Source: an uncultured Methanosarcinales archaeon (GTDB taxonomy: Archaea > Nanobdellota > Nanobdellia > Woesearchaeales > JAHJBD01). Taken from it: 32,000 nucleotides of DNA. The notes beneath the pieces were generated by a model. The model was not told where the DNA came from and ran no database searches. It saw only the letters and a list, made by a program, of their open reading frames with translations. Numbering within the stretch: the stretch's first letter is position 1; the number at the start of each line of letters is the position of its first letter. This document shows, one piece after another, positions 31,069-32,000 of this stretch. The stretch covers positions 1 to 32,000 of the forward strand of contig CAZHRT010000010.1 in the NCBI GenBank assembly GCA_964534665.1, given 5' to 3'. The position numbers and the translations under genes were made by a program.

Positions 31069-31730
31069 TTGCACATCACTTCCTCATAATTACATTTATT
31101 TGATGATGGTGGGCAAGGTGTACATTCCCACAATAATCTATAACCTACCCTATTACAAGCACACATTTGAGCTTGGTCTTGACTACATCTTTCTTCCCAA
31201 GGAGTAAAGCACCAGGTTCCTGGTTCTGCAGCTTTTGTGTAAAGGGTAATATTTGCTTGAATAAGTGTTGAACCAGGTGAATAAATCTTTGGAACTTCTG
31301 CACTAGCTTCAAGAATTGAACTGCTAAGAATAATTCTTTGGATTTTTGCAATTTTATAATTTGTTATTGTCTTTGGAACTTTTTGATCTGATAGTTGTAA
31401 TTTGAATAAAAGTTCTCCTTCGTATAAGCTATTAATTATTGTATTTGTTTCATTAATTAATTGTTCTTTATAATCATCATTTTCATAAGCTAGTGCAACT
31501 AATTCAGAAATTGTTGTCTGTTGATTGTTTAGGGTTATTGGTGTTCTTAGATAATTTAACATAAATGCGCTTTTCTCAACTTCTGAACTGACGTCAGTTA
31601 TTCTTAATTGGTTTTGTCTGTTTATATTATTGAATGAAAGCATAGTAACTAAGATAACTGCAACTAATAAAAAGTATGAAATAAAATGTAATACTGTTTC
31701 TGCTGTACCTAAAGCTGCTTTTTTATCCAA
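31065..31730 (-). CDS. Membrane-anchored secreted protein with a pilin-like N-terminus and a Cys-rich C-terminal knot
   Basis: 221 aa. A TTG start is forced, because an in-frame TGA lies 2 codons upstream and the next ATG falls inside the TM helix. The N-terminus is DKKAALGTAETVLHFISYFLLVAVILV. The last ~45 residues contain 8 Cys (WCFTPWEERCSQDQAQMCACNRVGYRLLWECTPCPPSSNKCNYEEVMCK). Confidence 0.6.
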   Translation of the reverse strand: MDKKAALGTAETVLHFISYFLLVAVILVTMLSFNNINRQNQLRITDVSSEVEKSAFMLNYLRTPITLNNQQTTISELVALAYENDDYKEQLINETNTIINSLYEGELLFKLQLSDQKVPKTITNYKIAKIQRIILSSSILEASAEVPKIYSPGSTLIQANITLYTKAAEPGTWCFTPWEERCSQDQAQMCACNRVGYRLLWECTPCPPSSNKCNYEEVMCK

Positions 31731-32000
31731 CTGGAGTCACCACCTGAATGTTTAAACGGCCCTTTACAAATTTATCTTTGTCCCAGATAAGAACATAAAC
31801 TTGTTTGTCAACTTTTGTAAATTGGTTTTTATCAAAACTAAACAAGAGCCATTGATCAAATAATTCTTTGTTATAATATAATGATTTATCGGTACATGCT
31901 GTACTTTTTAATGGACAAATTAAATTATTTGTTTCAAGATTTTTTAGTTGAAGTTTTGCTGTAATAAATTGTTTTTCTCCAAAATCAATAAGATCTTTTA
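31723..32000 (-). CDS. Hypothetical protein, C-terminal fragment (5' end outside the window); same operon as the surface-protein genes
   Basis: My own minus-strand translation is open from 32000 to the TAA at 31723-31725: ...KDLIDFGEKQFITAKLQLKNLETNNLICPLKSTACTDKSLYYNKELFDQWLLFSFDKNQFTKVDKQVYVLIWDKDKFVKGRLNIQVVTPVG-stop. It overlaps the TTG start of the next gene by 8 nt. Confidence 0.45.
   Translation of the reverse strand, partial: KDLIDFGEKQFITAKLQLKNLETNNLICPLKSTACTDKSLYYNKELFDQWLLFSFDKNQFTKVDKQVYVLIWDKDKFVKGRLNIQVVTPVG

Noticed and set aside
29857-31351. ORFs 29857-30120 (plus), 30992-31207 (plus) and 31145-31351 (minus, alternate frame)
   Set aside because: They overlap the large surface-protein genes, which have coherent signal-anchor and domain architecture.
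1-32000. Searched by eye for CRISPR arrays, tRNA/rRNA genes, transposase/integrase genes and long terminal inverted repeats
   Set aside because: No regularly spaced direct repeats, no cloverleaf-compatible GC-rich segment and no recombinase-like ORF was found. The only repeat cluster (27060-27149) has 3-4 short copies with no spacer periodicity.

Overview
AT-rich (about one-third G+C by eye), gene-dense window of about 37 CDS. Many neighbouring genes overlap by 4-14 nt at start/stop. The organism looks like an uncultivated archaeon: RadA with an HhH domain, RadB, a Zn-ribbon RPA and an archaeal/eukaryotic-type ribosomal protein uS2, plus TATA-like boxes and GGAGG/GGTG ribosome-binding motifs. 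Lineage (possibly DPANN-like) is inference only.

Left end (1-3.5 kb): two processive GT2 glycosyltransferases, a cysteine-less DsbA-like protein and a polytopic membrane protein.

Centre (4.4-24.4 kb): a ~20-kb supercluster that is atypical for archaea. It contains:
- a biotin-dependent acyl-CoA carboxylase (CT, BCCP, BC) with BirA and a hotdog thioesterase;
- a FabZ-like dehydratase;
- two paralogous thiolases, one translationally coupled to a DUF35::DUF362 fusion;
- a 3-subunit 2-oxoacid:ferredoxin oxidoreductase, whose alpha and beta genes are separated by a sugar epimerase/DegT aminotransferase pair flanked by a duplicated korA/korB junction;
- a FabG/PhaB-type ketoreductase;
- an acyl-CoA dehydrogenase with bifurcating-type EtfBA;
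- two tandem PlsC-type acyltransferases and GpsA.

Read together, this is a candidate ACP-independent, CoA-thioester fatty-acid pathway feeding sn-glycerol-3-phosphate ester lipids in an archaeon. That would cross the 'lipid divide'.

Right end: uS2, YjbQ, a small possibly ssDNA-binding protein plus RadA, a YdjM-like hydrolase, RPA, and an operon of Cys-rich/FN3-like surface proteins with pilin-like N-termini.

No rRNA, tRNA, CRISPR array or transposase/integrase gene was seen. All functional calls rest on motif recognition by eye; no database search was run.
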